A stretch of DNA of 64,000 bases from Geosiphon pyriformis uo1 (lineage: Eukaryota; Fungi; Glomeromycota): the NCBI GenBank assembly GCA_016748015.1, contig JAAOMT010000516.1:1-64000 (forward strand), in the 5' to 3' direction. The notes below the pieces were generated by a model. It did not search any database, had not been told where the DNA came from, and saw only the letters and a list, made by a program, of their open reading frames with translations. The position numbers were made by a program, and so were the translations under genes. Positions 12,850-26,300 of the stretch are shown piece after piece (within the stretch, counting starts at the first letter, position 1; every line of letters begins with the position of its first letter).

Positions 12850-14969
12850 ATGTGTTTTTAATATATTATTTAATTTGTCTAATTTTTCAAAAATATTATC
12901 TGGAATTTTTCTATGAGATTTATACTTTTTTATAGCATATTTTACTAATTTTTCACTAAAATTTTTTCTATAAAAATTCATATAACACTAATATTTTCTT
13001 AAAAATTGTCTAATAGTTATTAAAGATACTAATTCAAAACTTTTAAGCACTGTTCTTTGTAATCTTTTCCATGAATAATTGTATTTGTTACATGCATATT
13101 TTTTAGCAGCTCCTCAATATCTTTCAATAAAATTTAATTTACAATAAAATTTTGGAAAAAAAATGTATTTATGTTTCATACTTTTGATTAATTCTTCAAT
13201 TGCATTTTTTTGAGTAAGAAAATCAGATTCTAAAGATATTATTTGATGTACACAATAAGAAACTCTTGAAAAATTTTTGATTTTTTCTTTGTATTTTTGG
13301 CATTCTAATATTAATTCTTTTGATGGCCATTTTTTTTGTTCTATTAATACTTGTTTAATTTTTTTAGACAATTTTTGAAGTTTTTTATCTGAATATATTT
13401 CCAAGAAAATTATCAATTATAATTGATTATCTAATCCAAAAGAAGTATCTTGTATTAATAATTGCTTTCTACCTAGACTTAAATTTATTCTGTTTGCAAT
13501 TAAAGCATTTTTACTAAATACTGCATGATTAGAACTATTATTAAAAACAAATACTACTGTACAATCTGGATATAATTTTTTAAAAATTGGAATTGCTTTA
13601 CATTTAATTTGTATAAAAAGATGATCTGCTGTTGAATAACTATCTTAATTTATATTAAGTTGTAAATAGTATCATGCTTCTTTTAATATATTAAAATAGT
13701 TTTCTATATCATTTTGTTGTAAACATAAATGTTCATTAATTTTAATTAGAAATTTACTAATCATAATTGATCTTTTATTTCCTTTTTTTTAATAATAAAT
13801 TTCTATGCTCAGTTCATATGTTATGCTTGCTATTATTTGAATAAAAAATGCATTCATTATGGATTACAAGAACTCTTTTTTTTTCTTCATTAAGTAAGTT
13901 AGAATGTATTCAATTTATAAATTTATTTTCATACTTTGACATATATTTTTTCTAAAAAATTTTTTCGAGATTACAAGACATCATTTTTTTCATGTCTATC
14001 ATAAAATAAGTCTTAATAATATTGTTAAAATAAATAACCAAGAATTTTGAATCATTTTACTGCAGTTATAAGATTAATAGTTTTTTCTTTCATTATTCTA
14101 ATATTAGAAAACAATTCATGTTCAATGAATTTTTTAAATGTGGCTAAAGTGGCATTAAAGTTTTGGTTTCTAATCCAAATATGACATTTTTTTGCAATGT
14201 CTTTATTATTAATTATTCTAATTGTTTTTTGGTGTTTTCTATGTTTTAATATTAAAAGCTTATTATTAAGCAACCAATACTTTGCAAGATATCAAATTTT
14301 TGGTGCTTTCTATACACTATTATTAATAAAAACTTTTTAGATAATTTTCAAACTGGCATTAATTTTTTCATGTCTATTATTATTATTTAACAAGATAAAA
14401 TATTCAAAAATAGCTCTTTTTTGATTATATTTGAAGACAGTTAACTAAGCATGTTGTTTTTTTTAACTTTTGCTCTTTTTTTATTCAATTAGCATATGGA
14501 TCAACCTTACTTTCTAAATTGCTTAAAAATTCATTAGATTTAAGCTATTATAAATCTGTAGTTTGAGCATCATTAATATTAAAAAAAGTGGTAATTTTTT
14601 TTGTTCCAGTTGTTGCTTTGGTAAATAAATCATTTGGTTCATATTTATTATAATAGGTTGACTTTGATATTTTTTTGTCATGTAAGAGTCTCACTTCTTT
14701 TTTTTTTAGATAATTGTCATTTTTATATATTAAATTAAGTTTTTTTAATTTTGTATTTATTCTAATTGTGGCTTTTATATCTTCTGTATTATTCTATCTA
14801 TTGTTATTATTATTGTCTCACTCTTTATTACTAACATCCAATCTGTTAAATTTATTTACTTCAATATTATGATCATTTATTGAAGTGATATAATGTGTTT
14901 TTTTATATAATTTTTTTGTATTTCTAACTTGATCTTTAGTTTTCCTTTTTTTTTAAAATAAAGTGGCAT
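12850..14969 (-). mobile_element. Second, heavily decayed Tc1-like DDE transposase relic (same broad family as 718-3784)
   Basis: Minus strand: putative start MPLYFKKK at 14969; VLVIHNECIFYSNN (~13835-13875); VFVFNNSSNHAVF (~13518-13555); IFFPKFYCKLNFIERY*GAAKKY (ORF 13114-13416 and beyond); KKYKSHRKIPD (~12898-12930). TIRs not confidently located. Confidence 0.8.
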
Positions 14970-17446
14970 TTTTTTATGTAATATAATATTAATCTAGTGT
15001 GTAATTAGTGCTTGGACAGAATTAAAAGATTTAAACTGTATAATATTATACAAAAAAATTGTATTATAATGAAAATAGCATTTTTAACTCAGGTATATAT
15101 TTATTTTTTAAATCTCTTTAGTTTTAATTCAAATTTAATTTCTGTTTTGTAGTTCTAGATAAGAAACAATCAAAAAAACTTCTTTGGTATTCATCAAAAA
15201 AAAAATTTTATTGAAATTGGGAAGATTACCTGAGCTGAAAATTCAAATGACATCAATAAAAATAGTTATTACAAAAATCTCTTTGACTTATGACAAGAAA
15301 TTTGGACAAAAAAGTCTAATATTGACAATTAAACAATCAACTCAAAAAAATCTGATTTTCAAATTGAAGCTGATCTTTCAGAGCTAATAAAAAATTTATT
15401 AAAAATAATTGTTGATCAAAAAAATAGTAGATAAGAATATTTGAGATAGATTTCAATTTTAGTATTACAGCCTAGTTGTGATTTCTTATTTTTATATTCA
15501 GTAATCAACAATATGCCAAATTATTTATAAATTTATGATCTAAAAAAAAATATCCAGAATATTATAATGTAATCGAAAAGCCAAGATTTTTAAACATAAT
15601 TGAGATTGATACTATGTACTTTTTTCCTATTGGTTACTTAATACTTAACATATGTTTTCTATATTACATTAGTAAAAAAATCGAAAAAAATATTATTCAT
15701 TTATAAATTTGATCAGAACTTACAATTGATTTCGAAAATACCATGTATTTTAATAATAATTCACATATTTTTAAAGATGCCAAATTCTTACTAGTAAGAA
15801 ATTTATTAGGCTTTTACAAAAAAATCTGGGTTTTATCTACTTGAACTAATATGTTTTATATATTTTTTGCATCAAAATGAACTTATTAGAAAATATACAA
15901 CATTAACAAAAAAGAATTATTCAAGGTTATAGGCTTTAAGACAATTTCAGTTTTCTTAATCAAAGTAAAGTCAAAAATCTTTCAATTTTAATCTAATTTT
16001 TCTAAATTAACACCAACAGATATAAGTTTTTTGATTATTGTAATAAGCTATTATATATTACATCTAATAAGTTGTTGAAATATTCAATAATTAAAATTTT
16101 TTTTACAGCCTAGGAAACCAATTTTAAAACTAGATTATTATTTGGTCGAATACATAATAGGTATTTTAATCATTATATTTCTCTTTGGTATAATTTATTA
16201 TTCAAATATTAAATTTAACCAGAAATTATTTTTACAGAAAATTTTGTATATCTCTTAGATTTAAGCAATTCTTTGAAATACAATATTATAGTTATTGAAA
16301 AGTTATTTGTGAATTCAAAGTAAGTATTCATATTATAATAATGCAAGGTTATAAATAGAATGCAAATAACATTCTTAAATTCTCCAATAATCACTTATAG
16401 TATTTTTACAATTCCTTTGATGTCTGGTGTAAACAATATTAATATCTGGGTTTTTGTTTCAATAAAGACAACCAAATATAGTGGTGGTGTGAATAGAATA
16501 TTTATAGTTAATAATACTATGTTATCAGCAGAAAACATATAAGCTGAAAGATATTATATTTTTATAAAAAAGTGACTATCTAAAGATTAAATTAATATTA
16601 ATTAAAAGCCTTTCTAAAAATGATAATACTTTGATGATTTATCACGTGGTAACGTATCTTTAATGATTGCTGATTGGCTAAAATCTGATTGATCAGCATC
16701 CGAAAATTAAAGATTAATAATAAAAGTGGCTAATTTTAAACTTTAATAACTTTATAAATTATAATATAATTCAAAAAATTAAACTGTAAATGTGAAAGAA
16801 AAGAACTTAATCTATCATATTTATGGTTTAGTTTTTTAATATTATTAAAATTGAAAGACTAAATACAATTTAAAATTATATAAATTGTTTGATGACTATA
16901 AATAGTTTGCACTATATTTTTATTGAATTTTTTAAAATTTGAAACAAAATTATATAGAAAAATTTTTAAAAAATTAATGTAATACTTGCCTAAAAAAAGT
17001 TTTTAATTGATTAACTCTTTGTTGTAAAAATAAATGACAATATGAATAATTTCCAAATAAACCCAAAATATTCTAAATTACTTAACCAATATTGCAATTC
17101 TCTATTTTTAATGTGGTAAACACTGGAATTTTTATTGTAACAAATTATTACTTTTTTGTAGTTGACCAAATGAAATAACAGATAGCAAGCTAAAAATAAA
17201 GAAAATGGTATCAAGTATTATTTTTTGTTTTAATTTTTATATCATATTCTACCAAAAACACATTATAAAATCACTTCTTATATCAATTATATAAAATCAA
17301 TTGAAAATATTTTCATTCTATAATAAACTACTTTACTTAAAATCAAATGTTCCAAGTTCAATTTTCCTTTGCTTATTACTAATTATTTTTCTTTTTTATC
17401 TGATCTGATTTGGAATTTGTGTATTTATGTATTCAATCTAAATTTT

Positions 17447-19473
17447 TTACAGTTTTTCATTCATTTTGAATGTTTTTTTCTCATTTTTTGTTGTTTTTCT
17501 TCCATATAAATAACAAAGTGCAAAAGTGTATTGTGCCAGTATATGTTTTGTTTCTGCTGGTTTTAAATAAAATTCAAATGCTTTTTCTAAATTTTTCGTC
17601 ATTTCTTCTCTATTAGCATAACAATTTGTAAAATAATATTGTACATTTAAATCTCTTGCCTTTGCTGCTTTTAAAAAAAGTTCAAATGCTTTTTCTATAT
17701 TTTTTGTTATTTTTTCTCTATTAACATAAAAAGCTGTAAGATTGAATTGTGCCATTTTATGTTCTGCCTCTGCTGCTTTTGAAAAAAGTTCAAATGTTTT
17801 TTCTGAATTTTTTGTTGTTTCTTCTCCATTTAAATAACAAAGTGCAAGATTGTGTTGTACCAGTATATGTTCTGCTTCTGCTGCTTTTGAATAAAGTTTG
17901 AATGCTTTTTCTGAATTTTTTGTTGTTCTTTTTCTACTAGCATAACAAACTGCAAGATTGTATTGTGCTATTATATATCCTGCCTTTGCTGCTTTTGAAA
18001 AAAGTTCAAAGACTTTTGCTAAATTTTTTGTCATTTTTATTCCATTAAAATAACAAAAAGCAAGATTGAATTGTGTATTTAAATCTTCCACCTTTGCTGC
18101 TTTGGAATAAAGTTCAAATAATTTTTCTGAATTTTTAGTTGTTTTTTCTCCATTAACATAACAAGCTACAAGATTTAATTGTGGTTTTAAATCTCCCACT
18201 TTTGCTGCTTTGGAATAAAGTTTAAATGCTTTTTCTGAATTTTTTGTCATTTTTTTTCCATTTTGATAACAAGCTGTAAGATTAAATTGTGTATTTAAAT
18301 CTCTTATCTCCGCTGCTTTTAAATAAAAATCAAATGATTTTTCTAAAATTTTTCTTATTCTCTATTCATTTTGATAACAAAGTGCAAGATTGTATTGTGT
18401 TGTTGTGTTTTCCACCTCTGCTGCTTTTGAATAAAGTTAATTTGCTTTTCTGATTTTTTTTTCGTTTTTTCTCCATTATTATAACAAGCTGTAAGATTTA
18501 ATTATGCTTTTGTATGTCCTGCCTTTGCTGCTTTTAAAAACCATTCAAATGCTTTTTCTAAATTTTTTGTTGTTCCTTCTCCATTTAAATAACAATTTGC
18601 AAGATTGTATTGTGCTGTTATATGTTTTACCTTTGCTGTTTTTAAATAAAATTGAAATGCTTTTTTAGAATTATTTGTTGTTCCTTCTTCATTATCATAA
18701 AAAACTGCGAAATTGTATTATGCCAGTGTATGTCTCGCCTCTGTTGCTTTTGAATAAAGTTGAAATGCTTTTTCTGAATTTTTTATTGTTCCTTCTCTAT
18801 TAGCATAAAAAAGTGCAAAATTAAATTGTGCTGTTGTATGTCTCATCTTTGCTGCTTTTGAATAAAGTTGAAATGCTTTTTCAGAATTTTTTGTTGTCTC
18901 CCTTCTATATAAATAACAAAGTACAAGATTGAGTTGTGCCATTGTATGTCTCGCCTCTGCTGCTTTTGAATAAAATTTGAATGCTTTTTCTAAATTTTTT
19001 GTTGTTTCTTCTCCATTATCATAACAAATTGCAAAACTATATTTAGTATTTGAATCTCCTGTCTTTGCCACTTTTAAATAAAGTTCAAATGCTTTTTTTT
19101 GATCTTGTTTAGTGCCAATTCTATTATTATAACAATGTTCTAAAAAGAATTGTCCAAAAGAGTTGTCTGCATTCATTGCTTTTCGAAATTCTAAAAATGT
19201 TCTTTCTAAATTAAGAATAATTTTAATTCCATGTTCGAAAGAAAAGCTGAGCAAGATATAGTCTATCAAATGCTTTGAACTTTTATTATTTAAGCAAATG
19301 AAGAAGTTTTCAGGTTTTTTCTGATTGCACTCAACATATTATTTTACCAAGTCAGCAACTTTTAAATATTTACTAGCTGAAAAAATGGCCAAATTTTCTT
19401 TGATAACAATTAATGCTTCTTCAAGCCATTTGAAAGATGAAGTTGCATTTTCAATTGATGAAATTGAAGACAT
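17447..19473 (-). pseudogene. Sel1 (SLR) repeat protein pseudogene, ~15-16 repeats (paralog C)
   Basis: ATG at 19473. N-terminus (MSSISSIENATSSFKWLEEAL...ENLAIF) is homologous to those at 26370 and 47901. 36-aa repeats KAFxLYSKAAxAG..AQ.NLA.CY.NG in ORFs 18718-19269 and 17447-18250, broken by stops/frameshifts and many G>E/R and E>K changes. No recognisable kinase downstream. Confidence 0.88.
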
Positions 19474-19560
19474 GATTTTTTGTAGCAACACAAATGAATT
19501 ATTAAATCTTCAATATTTTAGATAGGTAAAGAAGTATTTAATCTTGCTAATAAATAAGGA

Positions 19561-19960
19561 TTTTAACCTATAATCAAATTCCCGAAAAGCCTTGGTCTTG
19601 AAGAAATCTGAAATACTAGAAAGTTCTGAAAATAGACGCCTATTTCATACATTGTTTAAACAGGTAAAGATTTTTTGGAATTCAAAGGTGTAAAAAAGAC
19701 TGATGATGTTTGTTATTGTCAATAGCTCACTGATAAATTTTCTAAATCTACAATCTAGTTCCCAAGATTGCAAATGATTCTTTTTTAACCTATAATCATA
19801 TTCTCGAAAAGGCTAGACCTTAAAGAAATCTGAAATGCTGAAAATAGATACCAGCTCATTCCCTTATTTACATTGCTTAAATGAGTAAAAGTTCAAAAGA
19901 GGTAAAAAGACTGAATATGATAAATTTTCTAAATGTATAATCAATCCTAACATTACAGAT
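19561..19960 (-). repeat. Tandem duplication (~200-220 bp) of the upstream block conserved in the Sel1 gene family
   Basis: ttttaacctataatca.att..cgaaaag...aagaaatctgaaat...ctgaaaataga starts at ~19561 and again at ~19783. A single homologous block lies upstream of paralog A (~26455-26570) and paralog B (~47700-47820). Confidence 0.75.
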
Positions 19961-20033
19961 GGTCTTTATTAGCTCTAGCCAGTTCAGTAATAACAAATTT
20001 AATAACATTTCCTTTGCATAAAGTTTACAGTGA

Positions 20034-20055
20034 GTCGATAAACCAATTTAATTAA
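20034..20055. promoter_or_regulatory. Candidate conserved upstream element GTCGATAMACCAATTTAATTAA (paralog C)
   Basis: 21/22 identical to 26765-26786 upstream of paralog A, while adjacent sequence is poorly alignable. Contains CCAAT and retains a CpG. Function is inferred. Confidence 0.4.
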
Positions 20056-21487
20056 TTAGTTATTCTCATGATTTTGTTTTAAAGAAAATGCCAAACCTCG
20101 ATATTACCTTGATATTCACATTAAATTAAAATTTTTAAAATTATCATCTTTGTCTTTCACTTGGCAAATATTTTGTTTAAAATTTTGTACATATCAGTTG
20201 ATATTTGAATATGTTAGATAAAATCTAAATTACAAAAATTAATTCTTGTATATCTTTGCCTTAAAGTTATATATTTTTGAAGTATAAATGCTTTAAATCT
20301 ATTATAAAATTTGATGCATTCAGCATTACTTTATTGAGTAGAGATATTTAAGTTTTAATGAAAAAATTATTAAAATTTACTCAAAAAAATTGAGTATATT
20401 GAAACCTATAATGTAATTTTCACCAAGTGTATTAATATCTAAGTACTGAAATATGAAGAGATGAATCCACAAAATGTGATTCAGTCAAAATTAAAAACTA
20501 ATTCAAAATTTATGATTTTTAAGCCTTGAGACTTTGAAGTTTTACAGTAAATCATTCTTGTTTAAGATTGTCACAGTATTATGTATAATTTTTGTTGAAA
20601 TTAATAAATTCTGCTATTTTTCCTGTGAGTTCTTGTCTTTATATAAAAGATTTTGAAACTTTAGGTTGAAATAACTATTGAATAATTAAATATTAAATAT
20701 TTAAAGATTAACTAATATAATTTTAAATTAAATAATAAAAACCAAGGAGAATTTCATATTTATTTGCTTTTTTGGTTTAATTTTATAATTGGAAAAATGT
20801 TTAAGGTATTTAATTACATAATTATTATATTGATAAAATATATAATAAAATATTGAATTTTAGAGTTAAAAAATTTTTAAATTAAAAATAACATATGATT
20901 GTTGTTAAAATAGTTTGAAAAAAATATAACACCAAAAAAAATATAAATTTTTTAATTTTAATTTTAATATAAAAAAAAAAAGTTATAATTTTAAATGAAA
21001 AGAATCTAAAATCCAAAAAAAATTTCTATTATATTTTTAAATCTATACGTTTGGGAAAAATATCTTAATCATAAATTGTTAAATTTTTAAGAATCTAACA
21101 AATTGAAAATATATATTATTCTAAAGAAATTTTTTTTATTTAAAATTTTTTTAATTATTTTATTAATATTTTTTTTTACAGTTCATTTATTTTCATTTTT
21201 TAATTATATAATTATGTTATTTTTAAATTAGATAATCATATATCTTTTCTATTTATAATATGACTTATAATATATATTAAGATAATTTTTTACTTTATTC
21301 TTTAATATTTATTTATATTTACTTTTATTCTTGACTTGTTTTATTTTTATTTTAGTTGAAACTTTATTTGTTTACAGTTTTAGAAACTTTTAATTTGCAA
21401 TAGTTAAAAAAAAATTAAAAAAATTAGGTTAAAAATTTTACAAACTATTCAAAATTTGAGTTAAACTGATTTTATGAGAATATTTCA

Positions 21488-22299
21488 NNNNNNNNNNNNN
21501 NNNNNNNNNNNNNNNNNNNNNNNNNNNNNNNNNNNNNNNNNNNNNNNNNNNNNNNNNNNNNNNNNNNNNNNNNNNNNNNNNNNNNNNNNNNNNNNNNNNN
21601 NNNNNNNNNNNNNNNNNNNNNNNNNNNNNNNNNNNNNNNNNNNNNNNNNNNNNNNNNNNNNNNNNNNNNNNNNNNNNNNNNNNNNNNNNNNNNNNNNNNN
21701 NNNNNNNNNNNNNNNNNNNNNNNNNNNNNNNNNNNNNNNNNNNNNNNNNNNNNNNNNNNNNNNNNNNNNNNNNNNNNNNNNNNNNNNNNNNNNNNNNNNN
21801 NNNNNNNNNNNNNNNNNNNNNNNNNNNNNNNNNNNNNNNNNNNNNNNNNNNNNNNNNNNNNNNNNNNNNNNNNNNNNNNNNNNNNNNNNNNNNNNNNNNN
21901 NNNNNNNNNNNNNNNNNNNNNNNNNNNNNNNNNNNNNNNNNNNNNNNNNNNNNNNNNNNNNNNNNNNNNNNNNNNNNNNNNNNNNNNNNNNNNNNNNNNN
22001 NNNNNNNNNNNNNNNNNNNNNNNNNNNNNNNNNNNNNNNNNNNNNNNNNNNNNNNNNNNNNNNNNNNNNNNNNNNNNNNNNNNNNNNNNNNNNNNNNNNN
22101 NNNNNNNNNNNNNNNNNNNNNNNNNNNNNNNNNNNNNNNNNNNNNNNNNNNNNNNNNNNNNNNNNNNNNNNNNNNNNNNNNNNNNNNNNNNNNNNNNNNN
22201 NNNNNNNNNNNNNNNNNNNNNNNNNNNNNNNNNNNNNNNNNNNNNNNNNNNNNNNNNNNNNNNNNNNNNNNNNNNNNNNNNNNNNNNNNNNNNNNNNNN
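21488..22299. other. Assembly gap (N run)
   Basis: Run of N. Confidence 1.
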
Positions 22300-23306
22300 A
22301 TAGAAATTGTTTATAATAATATTGACAAATAAAAACTAAATAATTGTATTATTTAGTATTATTTACTTTTGGTAATTTTAAAATAAGAATAATATTTGTC
22401 TTTTTATTCAAGTAATTTTTTTATTTTATTTTTATTTTTATTTTCAAGTTTTTTTAATAATAGATTAACTAAAATTATTATGTATTACTAGTAAGTTGTT
22501 ATTTTGTTTTTTGAAAATCAAAAGTGAAAATTAATTATAAAAATATTGCACAAATTAATTAAATTATTCAAATAGGAAAACTTTTTAAAACAAATATAAT
22601 GTATTATTTCAAATTCCAATTAAAGAAATATAATTTATATCATTAAGATTTTAAATAAAAAAATATTAACAACCTTTTTTTTAAAAAAAACTTTAACATT
22701 TTTAAGTACAAAGAAAAAATTGAAATTATTATATTAAACAAACAGATTATTATTTAAACCCAAAATAGAAAATTCATATAAGTAAAGCTAATAAATTTAA
22801 ACTTAAATTTTTGAATTTTTTATTATACAGTATAAAAAAATTACGAAATTCTGAAATTTTAGGTAATTTCGTATCAAGTATAACTTATATGGTAAACAAA
22901 ATATGTAATTTCTTAATATTTTTTGTGTGCAAGTCCAACCACTATCTATGTACACACAAAACTTATACATGTTCTACAATAAAGGCAGCTCATGCACTTT
23001 CTACATGTGACCAGCCATCCAAGCCAATCAAGATTACACTATCTAGCAAAACAAAGTCTAAGCTCCAAAATTTTTTGCCTAAAATATCCGACGCCTTGTA
23101 CGCCAGTTTTCTCAATCCACAAAATCCTGAATTAAATAAATGCGTTTTAAATTGCCTTGACTAATAAAACCATATATAATAATTTTTATAAACAACCAAT
23201 TCTTTGTTCAAATTATTCATCTATTTCAAACCATTTTATAGTTAAATATTGATAAAAAACAATTAATATCATTTTTAAAATAAATTAAAAGTGCTTACTG
23301 ATTTGG

Positions 23307-26300
23307 TCAAGTGTGTCTTTATTCGTATGACTAATGCTAGTAGAACAATCCAGATCTGGAAAAAAGACGCTTAAATCAGAAAAATTCTTCACCATTAAAT
23401 ATGATAAATGAAAGTCTCACCACTCATTGAACATATAAAGTTCAAGATATGTTGACTTTTATATCTTGTTTCATCATGTTGAGCACCTTTTACCTCTTCA
23501 GAATTAAGTCTTTTCTCACGGACGAGTTTATTTAATGACAATTATCGCGGGCAGCAATGACTTTTTGTTGAAGTTCTTCTGCACTATCACGACAAGACGG
23601 ATCATATTGCCAATTTTTTTCAATTATTTCCTGAATACATTGAAGTGTATGTTTCTTGATTGTAGGACGCTTTCCCTTAATCACATCATGTACCACGTTG
23701 ATAGGATCTGTATTGTTAAAAGGTCTTTCTCCCGATATAATTTCACATGAAATGATAGCAAAGCTGTATATATCTCTATACTTAGTATGAGAACCCTCCT
23801 CGAAAATTTCTGGCACAAGATACTCAAGAACACCATAAATTTTTCCAGACTGTGGAGTGTCATCTGCAGGACGACAGAGTCCAAGATCAGAAATGACAAC
23901 TTTTAAGGGGTTTGTTATAAAAACAAGGATATTTCCAGGATGCAAGTCCCCATGCACCAGTTTTGATTTATGGATAAATCGTAGGCCACCAGCGATTTGA
24001 AAAAGAATACGAAGAAACATGTCCCAAATAAGAATATCTTTGTTCAACTTGAGAAAAGCTCTGAGGTCCCCGTGTTCCGCAAATGGTAAAACCATAACAT
24101 ATTCATCGGTTGTAATGTCTTTTGTGATCCCATAGCATTCAAGGATGTATTTGCAAGTGGCACTTTGATGATGCGAAATAAACTACACAAATATAGTTTT
24201 AGTGTTAGAAAAGGGTAATAAAAATCACATAGATTCTTAAAATGAAATACCTCATCTGGATTAATATATTTTATATTCTGGCTATCTTTGAGATACTTCA
24301 AAGCAACCTTTGTAACCCCAGTTCGTTCATACTTTTGACTTTTCTTTTCCCAAAATAGAATTTTGCCTATCTCCCAACTACCTTTTTTAACAATACCAAA
24401 TCCTCCCTCTCCCACCTTATCTAAAAATTCGATCTCGTTGGGAGAAATCCATTCTAGGCAGCCTCTGCAGTTTTCAGAANNNNNNNNNNNNNNNNNNNNC
24501 CTCTGCAGCTTTTGAATAAAGTTCAAATGCTTTTTCTGAATTTCTCATCGTCCCTTCTCCATTAGCATAACAAAGTGCAAGATTGTATTGTGCATTTAAA
24601 TGTCCCGCCTCTGCTGCTTTTGAAAAAAGTTCAAATGCTTTTTCTGAATCTTTTGTCGTCCCTTCTCCATTAGCATAACGAAATGCAAGATTGTATTGTG
24701 CATCTAAATCTCCCGCCTCTGCAGCTTTTGAATAAAGTTCAAATGCTTTTTCTGAATTTCTCATCGTCCCTTCTCCATTAGCATAACAAAGTGCAAGATT
24801 GTATTGTGCATTTAAATGTCCCGCCTCTGCTGCTTTTGAAAAAAGTTCAAATGCTTTTTCTGAATCTTTTGTCGTCCCTTCTCCATTAGCATAACGAAAT
24901 GCAAGATTGTATTGTGCATCTAAATCTCCCGCCTCTGCAGCTTTTGAATAAAGTTCAAATGCTTTTTCTGAATTTCTCATCGTCCCTTCTCCATTAGCAT
25001 AACAAACTGCAAGATCGTATTGTGCATTTAAATGTCCCGCCTCTGCAGCTTTTGAAAAAAGTTCAAATGCTTTTTCTGAATCTTTTGTCGTCCCTTCTCC
25101 ATTAGCATAACANNNNNNNNNNNNNNNNNNNNCCCGCTGCTTTTAAATAGAGTTCAAATGCTTTTTGGATGTTTTTTGTGGTTCCCCATCCATTTTGATA
25201 ACACCATCCTAGGTTATATTGTGCATTTTGATTTCCTGCCCCTGCTGTTTTTAAATAGAATTGAAATGTTTCTTCTAAATATTTCACTATTTCCCATCCC
25301 TTTCGATGATACGTTCCAATACTGGTTTGTGGACTCGGATTTCCCTCTTTTTCCAGATCTTCCGTTATTTCTAATCGAGTTCGATGATATACTCTAAGAG
25401 CGATTTGTCCAAGTAAATCTCCCGCCTCTGCAGCTTTTGAAAAAAGTTCAAATGCTTTTTCTGAATCTTTTGTCGTCCCTTCTCCATTTAAATAACAAAG
25501 TGCAAGATTATTTTGTGCATTTAAATGTCCCGCCTCTGCAGCTTTTGAAAAAAGGTCAAATGCTTTTTCTGAATCTTTTGTCGTCCCTTCTCCATTAGCA
25601 TAACAAAATGCAAGATTGTATTGTGCATCTAAATCTCCCGCCTCTGCAGCTTTTGAATAAAGTTCAAATGCTTTTTCTGAATTTCTCATCGTCCCTTCTC
25701 CATTAGCATAACAAACTGCAAGATTGTATTGTGCATTTAAATGTCCCGCCTCTGCAGCTTTTGAAAAAAGTTCAAATGCTTTTTCTGAATCTTTTGTCGT
25801 CCCTTCTCCATTAGCATAACAAAATGCAAGATTGTATTGTGCATCTAAATGTCCCGCCTCTGCTGCTTTTGAATAAAGTTCAAATGCTTTTTCTGAATTT
25901 CTCGTCGTCCCTTCTCCATTTAAATAACAAACTGCAAGATTGTATTGTGCAAATGCATTACCCGCCTCTGCAGCTTTTGAATAGAGTTCATATGCTTTTC
26001 CTTGATCTTGAGAAGTACCCGTTCCAGTATCATAACAACGTCCCAAGAAGAATTGTCCAAGAGAATCTTTTGCGTTCGCTGCTTTCTGATATTTTAAAAA
26101 TGCTTTCGTTAAATTAGGGATAGTTCCAATCCCATGTTCTAAAGAAAAGCCGAGTAAAATATTGTCTATCCAACGCTTTGGATTATTCAAGCAATCGAAT
26201 AAATTTTCAGGTGTTTTCTGATTGCGCACAAGATATTTTTTCACTAATTCAGCAACTTTTGAATATTCAGTAGCTGGGAAAATGGCCAAATTTTCTTTGG

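Noticed and set aside
22811-23164. 117-aa ORF at the left duplication breakpoint
   Set aside because: No ATG start or recognisable domain; probably a TE fragment.
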